From Curvularia clavata (taxonomy: Eukaryota): DNA of 64,000 nt. The translations under genes were made by a program, and so were the position numbers. Within the stretch, counting starts at the first letter, position 1; each line of letters begins with the position of its first letter. A model generated the notes under the pieces. It was not told where the DNA came from. It did no database searches and was given only the letters and a program-made list of their open reading frames with translations. The DNA lies in assembly GCA_023920165.1 (NCBI GenBank), contig CP089278.1, positions 2,480,001 through 2,544,000 of the forward strand. The letters are read 5' to 3'. This document shows positions 61,532 to 64,000 of the stretch, one piece after another.

Positions 61532-64000
61532 CTACTGCGCCTGTCCCACTCCACCAGCACCACCAGCTCCTCCAGGCGCCACAGCAGCATTTCCTGCAAA
61601 ATTAATCTGAGCCAGCGCATCTCGCCGCCAGCTCTCATCCACGCTCTCACTCCCTGTGCTATCACGATTCGCGACACGGAGTCCACCTCCGCTTCCACCA
61701 CCTGCTCCTCCATATCCACCGTGAGACTCGTTACTCGTGTATCGATTCATGTAGTTGTCTTGATAAGCATTTGCTTCGTTCTCGTAATGACCACCCTCGC
61801 CACCATAGTACTCGCGTGAATGCCACGTCTCGCCTCCGCCCCTTGCAGCTTCGTCGTCTGCGGCCGAAGGGCCCGGCCGAAGCACATCTGGTACAGGTCC
61901 GCTAAGACCACTGCCCCCGCTTTCAGACTGGTACTGCTGCTGGTGCGGGTGGTATGCGTTTTGATAGTTCATAGGCTCGTGAGCTAGGTCCAGTGAGCCG
62001 GGGTTCTCCGTACGCAGGTCGGGTAAGAACGAGTGTCGGTTGTCGGTCGGTGTGCGGTCGCTTGGGTCGTGGAGTTCTACGCCTTGGGGTGCGCCTGGGT
62101 CGGTGAGACCTAGTGGAGGCTGCGAGAGCATGGACTGCTGGTGCTGTTGTTGGGGATACATGCCGGGTTGTTGGAACTGTTGCTGCTGCTGCTGTCCCAT
62201 TGATAAGTTGTTCATGCTTGCTGTCATGCCCATCAGACTGGGTGCGCGTGTGGAGCCCGCTTTAAGACTTGCTGGGCCCATTCGTCCCAGGCCATGCATG
62301 CTTCCACTCATACTAGGACGAGGAGCAGGCTCTTCACTGATCATCTGCGCGTCCTGCCCGTTTGGATCCCGGATGCTGTACTGGGCAATGGAACGCATCT
62401 TCCTTGTCACCCATCCTGCCAGGATCTTTCCGCGTTGCTTCTCACCCAGGCGAGATCGGTGGAAGTCGCCTTTTTGGACAAAAGAAACAATGTCAATTAC
62501 GAGTTGGTGCTCGTTCAGAATGGCATTGACAATGACGGGTACCATGCTGGCGAGGAAATTCCGCCGGAAGATTTCTACCACGACGACAACGAGGCCGCCT
62601 GCTTGGAAAACAGCACTGTAGATTGTCAGCAAGTCATGTTAACTATAAATTGGGCACAGAACGTACCAGCCGCCTGGAACAATATTCCGGTGACAGCGCT
62701 CGACAGACTGCTCAATGTCCATGGAGAAATGGTTCAGTCCGTTGACCTCGAACGTGTCACCTATGCTTCCGAGAACGAAAAGCACCTGCATATCCACAGG
62801 CGCGCCGTTAGGTCCAATGGGTCTTGTCACATTATGCAAAAATCCCAGGTCACCAGTACGAACATATCGCACGTTTGGATCGCCGTCAATGGTTCTGCCG
62901 TTGAAACGCTCGGCATCCAAGCGCTCCTTCGACATGTAGAAGCTGTAGGCGTTCGCCTCGGACTGCACCCAGATCTCGCCGTACTCGCCAACTAGGCACA
63001 GCTGGTTGGTCTCTGGATTGACAATGGAAATTTGGGTGCTGACCGGCACCATGCCCGAGTCTTGGACAAGCAATGAACCAGGCTCTGTGTCAGGGTCAAC
63101 GGGCATGACGAGACCGCGTCGTAGAGCGTGAACATCGAGATGGAGCTCGATTGGCTCGATGCACATGTATGATCGTGATGCAACCATTGGATTCAATACA
63201 TGAGAGTAGACAGTGTTGATCGCGGTCCGGTCTAAGCTTGCTGGTGAGAAGTGCATGCGCACTCTTGAGTCTGCGTTGGGTTAGCAAGCATAAACACTAC
63301 CCCTACTGTCATATACTTACAAACATCGGCGCGCGGTCTTCCGTCAGTGGCAATCATAAGGTTCTTCAGCTCGTGCAACGCCATGCTCTTGCCAGCCCCA
63401 CGCGCGATAGCATGGTCCAACATCTGGCTCGTCGCATACGCATCCTTGATTTTATATCGCGAGAGCGTCTGGAATAGAATGTTCGGGTTTTGCGCGAAAT
63501 CTACAGGTGACACCAGGTAGGTCGGCGCAGCGAGGAAGATGCCCATGAGACAGGTGTGGATAAAACCAAGTCCTATCGTGCTTCGGACACAGCCCAGTAC
63601 AGGCCGTGTGCTCGTCATTTGACATGTCTCTTTCTGGACCTTGCACAGCGCCATAATTTGGCTGTGACCTAACTGTACTGCAATGCGACGTTGGTCGGGT
63701 GTCCAGTACGTCCAGACCAACACTGGGTAGCCAGCCTGAATCCACGCAGGCCGTATTGTAAGCTTGAGATCACGGCAACCACTTGACTGCTTCGGCGGCT
63801 TGGTGGTGCTATACATGTTTGGTACGTTGATCTTGAGAATAGCGGCCGATTGCTTGATGTGCTGCGATACTTGTTTGACCTTCATAAGGTGGTCAACATC
63901 GGCGTTGACAAGAATAGCTTTGACCTTGAAGTCAGCGAGGATATGCAACAATGCTGGTGCGTCCTCATTTAGCCTGTTCTGATCAATTGGTGCCATTGGT
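61532..64000 (-). CDS. CPS1: Cps1/DIP2-type acyl-AMP ligase-like protein, C-terminal part; 5' end lies outside the window
   Basis: LVWTYWTPDQR, CKVQKETCQM, YKIKDAYAT, QDSGMVP, GEIWV, YVRTGDLGFL and RSRLGEKQRGKIL. Two GT-AG introns near 63270-63320 and 62618-62668. Confidence 0.93.

Noticed and set aside
62040..62995. 193-aa and 233-aa plus-strand ORFs, including a poly-Cys run
   Set aside because: They are antisense to CPS1. The Cys runs mirror CAG/CAA Gln codons.
1..64000. tRNA, rRNA, telomerase-RNA template, CRISPR array or intact transposase
   Set aside because: None was seen by eye. Structured ncRNAs could be missed without a covariance-model search.

Overview
Intron-containing fungal DNA, most likely from a Pleosporales/Dothideomycete (inferred from gene content, including CPS1 and CVNH-LysM). 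The window holds about 25 protein-coding genes: a GH95 fucosidase (partial), a moaA/moaC (cnxABC/MOCS1-type) locus, a membrane-anchored phytase, two APC amino-acid permeases, an SDR, an AAA+ ATPase facing a degenerate NACHT-like gene, a PTH11-like receptor, nitroalkane oxidase, SPC34, RPN3, an AVO2-like ankyrin protein, a gasdermin-like ORF, an alpha/beta hydrolase, a C2H2 transcription factor, SAP18, PRP18, DML1, CVNH-LysM, a ferric reductase and CPS1 (partial). I found no tRNA, rRNA or intact transposon. Highlights: (1) a head-to-head pair of an intact AAA+ ATPase and a P-loop-dead, sensor-less NACHT-like protein; (2) a divergent gasdermin-like ORF with no protease gene beside it; (3) an optional intron whose donor lies inside the moaA Gly-Gly-stop and fuses MoaA to MoaC through a ~700-aa insert with internal mitochondrial cleavage-like motifs; (4) a hidden three-exon gene broken by one TAG; (5) an ATG split by an intron, and two GC-AG introns. 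All family assignments come from motif recognition by eye, not from database searches.
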